DNA of 64,000 nt from Candidatus Zixiibacteriota bacterium (GCA_037441845.1 JBBIRK010000007.1:34575-98574), one strand, 5' to 3'; positions 1 to 9,042 are shown, numbered from the stretch's first letter. Notes: generated from the letters alone by a model not told the origin. Made by a program: numbers and translations.

Positions 1-337
1 ACAAACACCGCATTGGCCGGCAGATCCTCCACCACATAATACAAACTGTCACCGTTGATATCCGTCGAACTGACCACAAACTCCAAATGACCACCCTCAG
101 CCACGCTGCGGGGTCCAATAGCAGCCAACACCGGAGCGTCGTTCACATCCGTCACCGTGATCGCCACCAACTCGCTGTCCGCCAACCCACCGGTGTCAAC
201 CACAATGAAACGCACCGAATACAAACCCGCCTGACCATAACCAGGATCGAACACGAACAATCCCCGACCGCCGCCGCTGTCCACAAACACCGCATTGGCC
301 GGCAGATCCTCCACCACATAATACAAACTGTCACCGT
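1..337. repeat. 55-nt perfect direct repeat (1-55 = 283-337), period 282 nt = 94 codons
   Basis: Identical ACAAACACCGCATTGGCC...AAACTGTCACCGT in both copies; it is a coding repeat of the Ig-repeat gene. Confidence 0.95.
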
Positions 338-500
338 CCACGTCCGAAGCGACAGTGACAAATTCGAGATGACCCCCTTCATTAACGCTTTTATCGCCGA
401 TTGAATCTAAAACCGGCGCATTAAATTGACCATGAGCAGCAGCCCCCAGAGCGAAAATGATCAGCGGAATCGCCGTTAGTATTACTGATTTGGGTTTCAT
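1..500 (-). CDS. Secreted tandem cadherin-like/Ig-repeat surface protein (5' part only; runs off the window)
   Basis: Not in the ORF track. Manual translation from ATG 500 (GAGG upstream) gives MKPKSVILTAIPLIIFALGAAAHG-QFNAPVLDSIGDKSVNEGGHLEF..., a signal peptide followed by 94-aa repeats (NDAPVL..IG..SV.EGGHLEF...DGDSLYYVVEDLPANAVF). The frame is open to position 1. Confidence 0.85.
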   Translation of the reverse strand, partial: MKPKSVILTAIPLIIFALGAAAHGQFNAPVLDSIGDKSVNEGGHLEFVTVASDVDGDSLYYVVEDLPANAVFVDSGGGRGLFVFDPGYGQAGLYSVRFIVVDTGGLADSELVAITVTDVNDAPVLAAIGPRSVAEGGHLEFVVSSTDINGDSLYYVVEDLPANAVF

Positions 501-570
501 TTATTGCCTCATACCTTGTCGCAGCGGCCGCCTTATAAAAAGCCGATTGGGACAGCCGCGCGGGGCCGAT

Positions 571-3003
571 TTATTTTACCAGAACCATCCTCTTCGCCTT
601 GTCGAAACCATCCCCCTGAAGCCGATAAAAATAGATACCCGAGGTTACCTGAACCCCGCGGTCGTCAAGTCCGTCCCATATCAATCGATGACTGCCGGCA
701 TCAAGGTAACCATCGTGCAGAGTGCGCACGGCCTGCCCAAGCAGATTATAGACTTCGAGTTTGACCGACGCCGCCTGAGGAATATCGAATTGAATAACCG
801 TGCTCGAATTAAATGGATTGGGATAATTCTGATGCAGTTCATAAGCCAGCGGAAGCTCGCCGAGAACCTGGACGTTGAGAGTCTTGGCGTTGATATCCAC
901 AATCTGAAAATCGGTGATTCTGATCGCCTTGCCCGGCTCTTCCATATCTCCGATCGATTCGACATCAAGTTCCAGCAGATTCCCCTGGCCGGGACCGAAT
1001 TCCGAAAGATCGAAGTCATAAACGACGCCCAGGATCCGACCGCCGATATCTTCATAATCAAGATGCAACCCGCTGATCATCGGGCCGGCCGTAACGCCAT
1101 GAAAAGCGATCTGATTCGGATCATAGTCGATAGCGAATTGGACACCCGCCCCTTGTATATCAAGCGTTACCCAGAGGGGCAAATCGGCCCTCTGTCCATT
1201 CGAAAAACCATCGCGAATCAACTCGACGTTGCCGGCGATATATGGCAGCGGCGGCGACAATATGGTGCGTCCGAGGATCATATTGACCAGCATCATGAGG
1301 TCGGCGATCCGCACCTGTCCGTCACGATCGACATCGGCGGCATCGGCGGCCCTCAAACCGAAAGTGAGGCGCTGCAGGATACTGGCCACGATCGCCACGC
1401 AATCACCCACGTTTATTACACCGTCGAGATTGGCATCGCCCAGGCGATCGATTGTATAGACGCCGTCGCTGAAAACCACGTTTTGCGTGGTTCCGATCGA
1501 ATCCTGCACGGAAGTGGCCGAATCGAAAGTGACGACCTTAGGACCGGGTGCGGCATTCATCGCGATATCTATATTGAGCGTGGCAATCGGCCCATTGCCC
1601 GAGGCTATGGTTTGGTCGCCGAACGAAAACATCATTATCCGATATCGCCCGTCGGTCATCTGCTGCGAAAAGAACGCCATCTGTTCGGCCCGCGGCGACG
1701 GTGTCGCCGATCTTATCGTGATTATGGATGGATCATAGATGAGATCGAACTGCAATCCGTAGCATCGCTTTGAATTTACGAACTCGATTACCAGGGTTCG
1801 CCCCAACGAAGCCGGCAGGGCTCCCTGGCCTGATGGGATTCTCAATATATCGTTTGGAGCATCCAGTATATATATGGTGACGGCCGCCTGCGAAGACGCG
1901 TTGTTGATATCCTGGGCGGTGAAACTGACGGTTATCGTGTCCGGCCCCTGGCTGAAGTCCGGATCGAAACTGAAAACCCCCGAAACGGCCGAGTCGCCTT
2001 GGACCGTAGGGAACGAAGAATTGGCGGGAAGCCCGGAGGCCTGCAAAGTCAAGATGTCGCCGTCGGGGTCGTATGCGCGCATGGTGAATTCGAGATGATT
2101 CCCCTCGGTCACGGTCTGGGCGCCCACCGATAGAATGACCGGAGCCCGATTCGAAGGCCCTCCTGTGGTCACGTTGATAGTTACGTTTTGGGTGACCGGC
2201 GGATTGATATCATCGGCAACACGGAAAGTGACCACGTATGTCCTCCCCGCTTGACTGTCAGCCGGGGTGAACGTGAAATTCGTCGATGCCTGCCTGAACC
2301 CGCGAGTGGTGGCGAATGTCGCGCCGGTCGGCAAATTCTGGGCGCTGAGCGTGATCGAATCGTTATTGGCATCACTGGCGCTTACGGTGAATTGCAACAA
2401 ATTTTGCGGAGCCACCGATTGCGGGGTCGAGGGGATTTGGGTGAACGACGGCGGCGAATTGGTGGCCGCTCCCACAATGACGTTGCCGTTGAATAATTGA
2501 GGCACGATAGTAACCGATCCCAGTCGGTTGGACCACGTGTTATCGTCGGCGGTCAAGCTGTCGAATCGCACCGGATAATAGGCATCGGGCGCGGTGGGCA
2601 GTATCCTGAACCTTATGACAACCGCAGGATCGGAACCCGGCAGCATTGCCATACCCACAAGAGAATAGGCAAGTATTCTTACCGTGCCGTTGCCGATCGT
2701 ATCGTCATAGGAATTGCCCGGAGTGGCAAAGAAGGCAGCCCTACCGATAGGATAGGTACTCACGGCCTCCAGCCGTAATGGGTCGTATCTGACCATGATC
2801 AAGAAACCGCCTACGGAATCGGAATGGTTGGCGAAAACGATGTTCATCGATACAGTGTCGCCTCGATTGCCGTTTACGTTCATGATCACCATCGAGTCAA
2901 CCGGGCTTTGCGCCATCAATTCGGCCGACATCACCAGAAACGCCATAGGCAGCAATAGGAGATATATCCGCCTGCTATATGGTTTTTCCCAAAAATTACG
3001 CAT
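571..3003 (-). CDS. Secreted cohesin / 2x cadherin-like Ig / cohesin / dockerin / cohesin-like / T9SS-CTD (FlgD-Ig) protein
   Basis: Signal peptide; cohesin-like segments (VGGFLIMVRYDP, GLQFDLIYDP, GVQFAIDYDP); NSPP and NRAPV Ig repeats; dockerin pair GDANLDGVINVGD...DVDRDGQVRIAD; CTD QNYPNPFN...SGIYFYRL...KRMVLVK. Confidence 0.85.
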   Translation of the reverse strand: MRNFWEKPYSRRIYLLLLPMAFLVMSAELMAQSPVDSMVIMNVNGNRGDTVSMNIVFANHSDSVGGFLIMVRYDPLRLEAVSTYPIGRAAFFATPGNSYDDTIGNGTVRILAYSLVGMAMLPGSDPAVVIRFRILPTAPDAYYPVRFDSLTADDNTWSNRLGSVTIVPQLFNGNVIVGAATNSPPSFTQIPSTPQSVAPQNLLQFTVSASDANNDSITLSAQNLPTGATFATTRGFRQASTNFTFTPADSQAGRTYVVTFRVADDINPPVTQNVTINVTTGGPSNRAPVILSVGAQTVTEGNHLEFTMRAYDPDGDILTLQASGLPANSSFPTVQGDSAVSGVFSFDPDFSQGPDTITVSFTAQDINNASSQAAVTIYILDAPNDILRIPSGQGALPASLGRTLVIEFVNSKRCYGLQFDLIYDPSIITIRSATPSPRAEQMAFFSQQMTDGRYRIMMFSFGDQTIASGNGPIATLNIDIAMNAAPGPKVVTFDSATSVQDSIGTTQNVVFSDGVYTIDRLGDANLDGVINVGDCVAIVASILQRLTFGLRAADAADVDRDGQVRIADLMMLVNMILGRTILSPPLPYIAGNVELIRDGFSNGQRADLPLWVTLDIQGAGVQFAIDYDPNQIAFHGVTAGPMISGLHLDYEDIGGRILGVVYDFDLSEFGPGQGNLLELDVESIGDMEEPGKAIRITDFQIVDINAKTLNVQVLGELPLAYELHQNYPNPFNSSTVIQFDIPQAASVKLEVYNLLGQAVRTLHDGYLDAGSHRLIWDGLDDRGVQVTSGIYFYRLQGDGFDKAKRMVLVK

Positions 3004-3016
3004 ACTTACGTCCTCT

Positions 3017-3859
3017 TCATCTCAGAAGGATCATCCTGTTCGACGCTACGGGTTTATTATCCAAATACAAAAGGTAGCAATAAACGCCCGAACGTACCTC
3101 CCTTCCCAGGTAATCGAGCCCGTTCCATACGGCTGTATATCGGCCTGCGGCGGAATGCTCGATCTGCAGGCGATTTATCCTTCTGCCTAGAATATCATAT
3201 ATTTCAATTTTAGCTTCTTTCTCGAATTCGCCGGAAAACCTGATCACGGTGGAGGAGTTGAACGGATTGGGAAAATTACCGAGTTCGATCCGATCAGGCA
3301 ATAAAGTGACCCCGCCGTCGATCTCCGTCTGACCCAATACCATCAGCGTATCCGGAATTAGAACGGGAATGTAAATATGCAATCCCATATTGTCGGCCAG
3401 CGAATTATCACCGATAAACGAATCCACGAAGGCGAACGGGATGCCCCCCTCGGGTGCCAGCGGCTGGACATTGAAACGAACGGCGGCTATCAAGCCCCTG
3501 CCCGGCGGCACGTAATTCTGCGCCGGCGACGGCCCGACGGCAAAGTAACGCACCACGCCGGCTTGGGTCGAATCGACGCCGTTTATGCTAAGCATGCCGG
3601 CCCGAGGCAACAGCGAAACCGACGACAGATGCAAGCGCCCTGGATCATAGGTTATCCGAAAAGAAATCCCCCCTACATTAAAAGTATTGACCATATCGAT
3701 CAAAATATCAACGCTGGTCCCCGCCTGCGCCGTGTCGGCGACAATCCGCAACGTGTCGGTCGATGAATATATCTGGGCGCTCGCCGGCATAGATATCAAA
3801 ATTATCACGAAAACCGGCAGACTAAGCTTTAATCCTCGCGATAACAACAAACTAAACAA
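3017..3859 (-). CDS. Secreted single cohesin-like domain + T9SS type A CTD protein
   Basis: Signal peptide, GGISFRITYDP cohesin-like motif, C-terminal NFPNPFN...SGVYCY...RMILLR. Confidence 0.8.
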   Translation of the reverse strand: MFSLLLSRGLKLSLPVFVIILISMPASAQIYSSTDTLRIVADTAQAGTSVDILIDMVNTFNVGGISFRITYDPGRLHLSSVSLLPRAGMLSINGVDSTQAGVVRYFAVGPSPAQNYVPPGRGLIAAVRFNVQPLAPEGGIPFAFVDSFIGDNSLADNMGLHIYIPVLIPDTLMVLGQTEIDGGVTLLPDRIELGNFPNPFNSSTVIRFSGEFEKEAKIEIYDILGRRINRLQIEHSAAGRYTAVWNGLDYLGREVRSGVYCYLLYLDNKPVASNRMILLR

Positions 3860-3862
3860 CCC

Positions 3863-4681
3863 TCACTTTACAAGACACATCTTCTTGGTTTGAACGAATC
3901 GCCCGGCGGTCAACCGATAAAAGTAAACCCCCGACGGCAGAGATGCGTCATGCTCTCCCCGTCCGTTCCAGCTTATGGCGTGTTCGCCCGCAGGCAAGAA
4001 ACCCGAATACACACGATATATAAGTCTTCCCGTTATATCAAAAATGTCGATATCGGCCATTGCCGGTTCGGCAAGACTAAACTTGATCTTTGTCTGCAGG
4101 TTGAAGGGATTGGGATAATTTCCGATCAATTCGAATTTCACCGCCAAAGGATCGTCATCGATGGCTGTCGGCCCCAGTATCTGAACGCTTCCATTAATCG
4201 TGGTCGGGTAAATAACATGCAGACCGGTCGAATCGGTAATAGCGCACGGCCGACCATCGGAGGGGACGAAACGGATGGCGAAAAGCGAATCCGAGGGAGC
4301 CCCAGCGTCGACGTTGACGATCAAATGACCCACCAAATGATTTCCCACCGGCAGCGGCGACACCCGGGCGAATCCGGGCATATCGGCAACCGCGGTAATC
4401 CGTGCCGTGCCGGCGCTGATCCGGGCGTTGAAATACTCGAAATTCGCAAAATCGATCCCGGTGTCGAAAGCCACGAATGTCATGTCCGTCGAATCGCTCG
4501 CTTGTAATTCAAAAGTCAGTCCGCCTATCGGGAAACTGCCGTTTTTCAAATATATTGAAACCATCGCCTGCGCACCCGGCCAAGCGCTTATAGAGTTTGC
4601 AAACAGAGTATCAAGGGTTTGACCATAAGCGGAAATGCAAAGAGGCAGGCATAAAACTACTAATAAATACGTCTTCCTCAC
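3863..4681 (-). CDS. Secreted single cohesin-like domain + T9SS type A CTD protein
   Basis: GTG 4681 after a GGGGG SD gives the signal peptide MRKTYLLVVLC...; C-terminal NYPNPFN...SGVYFYRL...KKMCLVK. Confidence 0.8.
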   Translation of the reverse strand: MRKTYLLVVLCLPLCISAYGQTLDTLFANSISAWPGAQAMVSIYLKNGSFPIGGLTFELQASDSTDMTFVAFDTGIDFANFEYFNARISAGTARITAVADMPGFARVSPLPVGNHLVGHLIVNVDAGAPSDSLFAIRFVPSDGRPCAITDSTGLHVIYPTTINGSVQILGPTAIDDDPLAVKFELIGNYPNPFNLQTKIKFSLAEPAMADIDIFDITGRLIYRVYSGFLPAGEHAISWNGRGEHDASLPSGVYFYRLTAGRFVQTKKMCLVK

Positions 4682-4948
4682 ATATCCCCCTTTATCCAAA
4701 AGACTATTCATCCGTTATCTAATCAGCAAATACTATACCTCCTTTACAAACAGCCTCTTGGCTTAAGAAGTCAAACAACCTTAATCGCTTATATACTTAA
4801 TCCCGATATCACTTTTTAATTCATTCAATTTATATAAAAAGTTACTCAATACCTCGTCCGCAATCAGATTATTCCGGATTAAAACGCCTTTATCGCAGTC
4901 GAATTCATACCTTTTGCAATATTTCGTAACCTCTTCATAATTATAAGA

Positions 4949-4975
4949 GTAAGAGAGGCCGATCGCCTCTCTTAC
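4949..4975 (-). terminator. Probable intrinsic terminator after the 751-aa gene
   Basis: 11-bp inverted repeat GTAAGAGAGGC/GCCTCTCTTAC, followed on the minus strand by AT-rich sequence. Confidence 0.65.
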
Positions 4976-5011
4976 CCAAGCTCCTCCGAGTAGGAGAATC
5001 GCTTGCCGAAA

Positions 5012-7267
5012 TTACTTCAGCAAGGTCATCTTCATGGTTTCGGAGAACTGACCAGCGGCTACCTTGTAGAAGTAAACGCCGCTGGAAATGTTGGTGGCAT
5101 CCCATGTCACCGAGTGCTCGCCAGCAGGCAGCTCACCAGCATCGATCGTCTCGACAACCTGGCCGGCCACGTTGTAGATCGTAACCGTCACATTGGAGGT
5201 CGTCGGTAGAGCGAATTTGATGGCGGTCTTGGCGTTGAACGGGTTCGGGAAGTTCTGAGCCACGGAGAATTCGGTCGGCACCACACCGACAACACCACGA
5301 GCGTTGAGCAGGTGGCCGATATTGTCGGAAGCGGAGACTTCACCGAGCGTGACTGAGCCTTCGCCGTTTACCGGCACGGTGAACAAGGTGTGGGTGCCGG
5401 CATTGATCGTGCCGTTATAAACCAACACGGTCATAACGCCGTTGGCATCATGATACTTGAGCTCCATACCATTGGCAACCGGAGCACCAAGCTCGACGCC
5501 TTCATGATTGATCGTCACCAGGGCGCCGCCCACGGCCACGTCGGAGGTCACGCTGACAGTACCGTTAGCATAGGTGATGGTAGCGGTAGCATCGAGCGGA
5601 GCCAGCTTCGGACCAGGCTGGATGGTGCCGTTGATGATATTGATCAACATGATCAGGTCGGCGACTGTCGCCGGACGGCCGTCGTGGTTGATATCAGAAG
5701 CCCAGAGCTGCCACAGATCCAACGGATTGTTAACCGGGTCGATCAGGTAGTTGGCAAGCGTAACCACGTCGCCGATTTCATACGGCTGCAAATTGTGGTT
5801 GACATCGCCAACGACCACATCGCCGGGCTGGTAGATCTTCAGGTTGCCGCATTCCAGCACGAGCAGATAGGTCGAGGAAATGGTATCCTGGCAACCTTCG
5901 GTCTTCCAAACGTTGTAACCGGTTTTATTGGTCACGGCATTCCACCAGAAGTTTTGGCCGCCGAGATCATCATAGCAGATGTAGAAGCAGATCGGCACGC
6001 AGAAATTGCTCGGATAATTGAAATCCGGTCTGGCCATGACATGGATCCAGAACAGAACCTCATCCTCAACACCGCACAACGGCGGGGCGGCAACCTGGTT
6101 GTTCAGATCGTTGATCATGACAACTTTGAAAGCGCCCGAGAACGGAAGTTCAGGGCAGCCGGCGGGATTGACGTTGGGATTGACGAACCAGTATTCGGCA
6201 CCGGCAAGGAAAGCACCTCTGGTAACACCAGTGATGGTGAAGATCGAGGCGTCGTAAACGACGGTCAACTCAAAGCCGCCGAGGCAGAAGCATGCGCCGG
6301 CATCCATGGTAACCGGGAACGAATCGACATAGCCCGGCCAGAGACCGACTGAATCGGGCATGGAGACCGTGATCACACCGATCGCCTCATACGGACCGGT
6401 ATCGGAAGCGGTATCGATGCCGTCGTCAGCGGTAACGGTTATAACGCCCGAGTTGGTAAGGCCACAGCTGGCATCCACGCAAACCTTGCCGTGGACATAG
6501 CGGTTGCCATCGGCGCCCACCGAATCCGCGGTGATGGTCAAGGTTCCGACATCGGCGGTGATGGTCAGAGGATCGCCGTCATCGTCGAAAGCGAAGAAAT
6601 CGAGGCAATTGTCATCACCAGGAACGCAGATCGAACCCGTCACGTCGATCGTAGGCGGGGTATTCGGCGAATAGTAGAAGCAGGCGAAGTTGGTTATGCA
6701 CGGGAATCCGGCGCCGCCCAAGGTGTCGCCGGCAGCCGGGCCGCCCAAGGTCGAGCTGACGCCGTTCTGCATGACGCCGCAGATCGTATCACCCAGCGTA
6801 TCCGGCAAAACCAGAGGCAGGGTGTGCACGACAAAGGTCAAGCAATTCGTCGGGACGGTGAAATACAGTCTCGGGTTGGGGCCGCCGCCGGTGTCATGGA
6901 AGCCCAAGAACGAACGGCTGTGCCAGCCGGCCGGGTTCGGCGGCGATGTTTCGAACGCATTCAGGAACGAAGCGTCATCCCAAGCGGTGAACGGATAGCC
7001 GTAGCTGCAAAGCGACTGCGGAATGGCGTCGATATAGATATCGTTCACGCCCAACGGCAGGTGAATATCGGCCACATAAGCACCGGCGGTACACATGATG
7101 TAAACCGGTATCGCATTGTCGGCGTTCTCGGCCACAATCTGGATATTATTCCAGTTGTAGCCGCTATCGAACGAACCGCCATACCAGACATACACCGTGT
7201 CCTGCGCCGAGGCGGAACCGATTAAGAGAATCATCGCCAAAAGCGACAAGCCAAAAAGTCTTTTCAT
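5012..7267 (-). CDS. Secreted Cys-rich cohesin-like / Ig / cohesin / variant dockerin / T9SS-CTD protein (possibly a major surface protein)
   Basis: AAGGAG SD, signal peptide, GGFELTVVYD cohesin-like motif, dockerin GDVNHNLQPYEIGD...SDINHDGRPATVAD, CTD QNFPNPFN...MKMTLLK. Confidence 0.85.
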   Translation of the reverse strand: MKRLFGLSLLAMILLIGSASAQDTVYVWYGGSFDSGYNWNNIQIVAENADNAIPVYIMCTAGAYVADIHLPLGVNDIYIDAIPQSLCSYGYPFTAWDDASFLNAFETSPPNPAGWHSRSFLGFHDTGGGPNPRLYFTVPTNCLTFVVHTLPLVLPDTLGDTICGVMQNGVSSTLGGPAAGDTLGGAGFPCITNFACFYYSPNTPPTIDVTGSICVPGDDNCLDFFAFDDDGDPLTITADVGTLTITADSVGADGNRYVHGKVCVDASCGLTNSGVITVTADDGIDTASDTGPYEAIGVITVSMPDSVGLWPGYVDSFPVTMDAGACFCLGGFELTVVYDASIFTITGVTRGAFLAGAEYWFVNPNVNPAGCPELPFSGAFKVVMINDLNNQVAAPPLCGVEDEVLFWIHVMARPDFNYPSNFCVPICFYICYDDLGGQNFWWNAVTNKTGYNVWKTEGCQDTISSTYLLVLECGNLKIYQPGDVVVGDVNHNLQPYEIGDVVTLANYLIDPVNNPLDLWQLWASDINHDGRPATVADLIMLINIINGTIQPGPKLAPLDATATITYANGTVSVTSDVAVGGALVTINHEGVELGAPVANGMELKYHDANGVMTVLVYNGTINAGTHTLFTVPVNGEGSVTLGEVSASDNIGHLLNARGVVGVVPTEFSVAQNFPNPFNAKTAIKFALPTTSNVTVTIYNVAGQVVETIDAGELPAGEHSVTWDATNISSGVYFYKVAAGQFSETMKMTLLK

Positions 7268-7386
7268 AAATTACTCCTTACACGTCACATTGGAAGTCGG
7301 ATCAAATAACCTCCAGGAAAAATAGTACGAGGAAATCCCTTTCCTCAACCCCTCTTTCGTAGTACCTTGGTTTTTCTTACTACTAC

Positions 7387-7397
7387 ATCACCTCCTT
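7387..7397 (-). promoter_or_regulatory. Extended orphan Shine-Dalgarno element AAGGAGGTGAT in the leader of the 751-aa gene
   Basis: 11-nt complement of the canonical 16S rRNA 3' tail, about 120-130 nt upstream of ATG 7267, overlapping ATG-TAG-TAG-TAA. Confidence 0.45.
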
Positions 7398-7468
7398 CAA
7401 GGAAATCAGGTCAAAGGTTTTATCAGGAAAGCAATTGACCATTATTATCGCCATGGGCCGACCGCCGA

Positions 7469-8413
7469 TTATGCCGGCGGCGGCGGTCCGAGTCCTTTGA
7501 AATATCTAACCAAATAAGTAACGTCGGAACCGTTGATGCGACCATCTGCGTTGGCATCGCCGGCCCGCAGGGCACAAGGTTCAACCTGAGTGCCCTTGAA
7601 ATAACCCACCAAATAAGTAACGTCGGAGCCGGTGAGCATACCATTGCAGTTGGCATCGCCTCGACGGATACCCGTGTAGTGAATATTGATCTGGCCGTTA
7701 TAATAAGCAACGTTACGCACCTGACCGAATTGATCGGTGACCATCGCCCGGTCGAGTCGAATCTCCACCGCGGTGTCGATCGTCGAGGTCGGATTGAACG
7801 TATCGGGGAAGGCGAACGTAACGTTGAAAATCGTCCCGTAACCGGAATCAAGCGGCGGCACGAGCAACGGGTTCAAAGGCCAATCTGCGATAGCGGTGAC
7901 GAACAGGCTGTCCGGGTATAGCGCGCCTTGATTGGCGAGGAAATACTGCCAAGACAACTCACCGCTGACTTCGAGCGTATCATAAGTGACAGTGGTATCG
8001 CATACAACTATCGTATCGTGGATCTCCAACGTGTCTATATAGAAAGAATCTGGCGGTATCCAGAAAGTGTCGATCACCACGGTATCGAGATACGAGGTAT
8101 CGCAGGCGATCGTAGTGTCGTAATTCGCATGATAAGTTTGCGTGTCGATAATACCGTAGTTCAAACGGGAACCGATCGTATCCGCGCCGGTGCCCACAAG
8201 AATTCCCGGAGCGCTGGTGGTAAAGATGAAACTGAACCCAGCAATCGGGCAAACGTTCCCCAGATAAACCGGGATTCTGATTTGACGGGTGTCAACGAGG
8301 GTCGTGTCGAAAAGGTATATCGTGTCGGCGCAATTTTGCGCCAAAGCCGCCGAGGCATCGAGAATCATGGCTATTAAGATTCCAAAGAGCGTCAAGAATG
8401 CTTTTCTTTTCAT
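7469..8413 (-). CDS. Secreted cohesin-like protein with a DT-rich insertion and C-terminal type I dockerin (no CTD)
   Basis: ATG 8413 after GGGGAG; signal peptide MKRKAFLTL...ALA; duplicated dockerin GDANCNGMLTGSDVTYLVGYFKG / GDANADGRINGSDVTYLVRYFKG. Confidence 0.85.
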   Translation of the reverse strand: MKRKAFLTLFGILIAMILDASAALAQNCADTIYLFDTTLVDTRQIRIPVYLGNVCPIAGFSFIFTTSAPGILVGTGADTIGSRLNYGIIDTQTYHANYDTTIACDTSYLDTVVIDTFWIPPDSFYIDTLEIHDTIVVCDTTVTYDTLEVSGELSWQYFLANQGALYPDSLFVTAIADWPLNPLLVPPLDSGYGTIFNVTFAFPDTFNPTSTIDTAVEIRLDRAMVTDQFGQVRNVAYYNGQINIHYTGIRRGDANCNGMLTGSDVTYLVGYFKGTQVEPCALRAGDANADGRINGSDVTYLVRYFKGLGPPPPA

Positions 8414-8778
8414 GAGCTCCCCCAGCTCCTTTCCTGGCGTTGTCAATTTTACATTTGTTTTTACAATATCCTTAGCGACGGAATATTATCAAATCTCCTT
8501 TGACAAACGTCCAATTAGAGGAACCGGTATGAGCGTCTCGGCAATTTTGTTCGGGCAGACAACAATTCGCTTTCTCTCCTTAGTTACCCGTCCACCAAAG
8601 CGGCGGAAAATTACCTGATGATCATTTGCTCTTGATTAGCGCCCTGTTATGAATATCTAAAATCTCCTCATCATTCAGAGCACTACTATCGACCTACTAC
8701 GCATTAATGTTTTTTCTTTTCTGACTCTCCAGAAGCTACATAGCCAGAAGCCATGCGGAGTCACTTCAGGCACAAGTA

Positions 8779-8806
8779 AATATAAGACAAGCTGCAAGGT
8801 TGTCAA
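8779..8806 (-). promoter_or_regulatory. Putative sigma70 promoter for the leftward surface-protein cluster
   Basis: Minus strand TTGACA (8806-8801), 16 nt, TATATT (8784-8779). Confidence 0.55.
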
Positions 8807-8937
8807 GAAAAAATTTTCAAAAAATTTCCGGCGAATCGCCACGAAGAAGTCGCTTTTTAGCGGGGGCATCGAAAGAATAAATGGACTTTGATTTCCAGTA
8901 ATTTTGAAACCATAGCGCGCGGAAGTCCATTTTTCTC

Positions 8938-8965
8938 TTGACAAGCAATTTCGGCTGTATATTTT
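8938..8965 (+). promoter_or_regulatory. Putative sigma70 promoter for the small peptide gene
   Basis: TTGACA (8938-8943), 16 nt, TATTTT (8960-8965); TATATT at 8958-8963 is an alternative -10. Confidence 0.55.
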
Positions 8966-9042
8966 TATGAACATAGTTCATCGTATTCGATACCGAATAC
9001 GCAAAGCGCCAGGTGGTAACCCCTCAAACGAAAGGAGGACTG

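Noticed and set aside
1..337. 55-nt direct repeat as a CRISPR array or mobile-element end
   Set aside because: The period is 282 nt, a multiple of 3, within an open frame; it is a protein domain repeat.
4712..4948. AT-rich spacer as foreign DNA or a replication origin
   Set aside because: No iterated DnaA-box or other repeats seen; consistent with an ordinary promoter region after a terminator.
457..7225. Long + strand ORFs (e.g. 457-1773, 5390-6352, 6491-7225) as antisense genes
   Set aside because: They are shadows of well-supported minus-strand genes and carry no motifs of their own; the same applies to similar shadows over dnaE, ftsZ and others.
8675..8974. 99-aa minus-strand ORF in the spacer
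   Set aside because: No SD, non-protein-like composition, and it runs across both predicted promoters.
8982..9030. c-di-GMP-I riboswitch in the peptide leader (ACGCAAAGC resembles GACGCAAAGC)
   Set aside because: No upstream GCAAA/GAAA-tetraloop P2 stem and no recognisable P3 with CUAA; only a short partial match.
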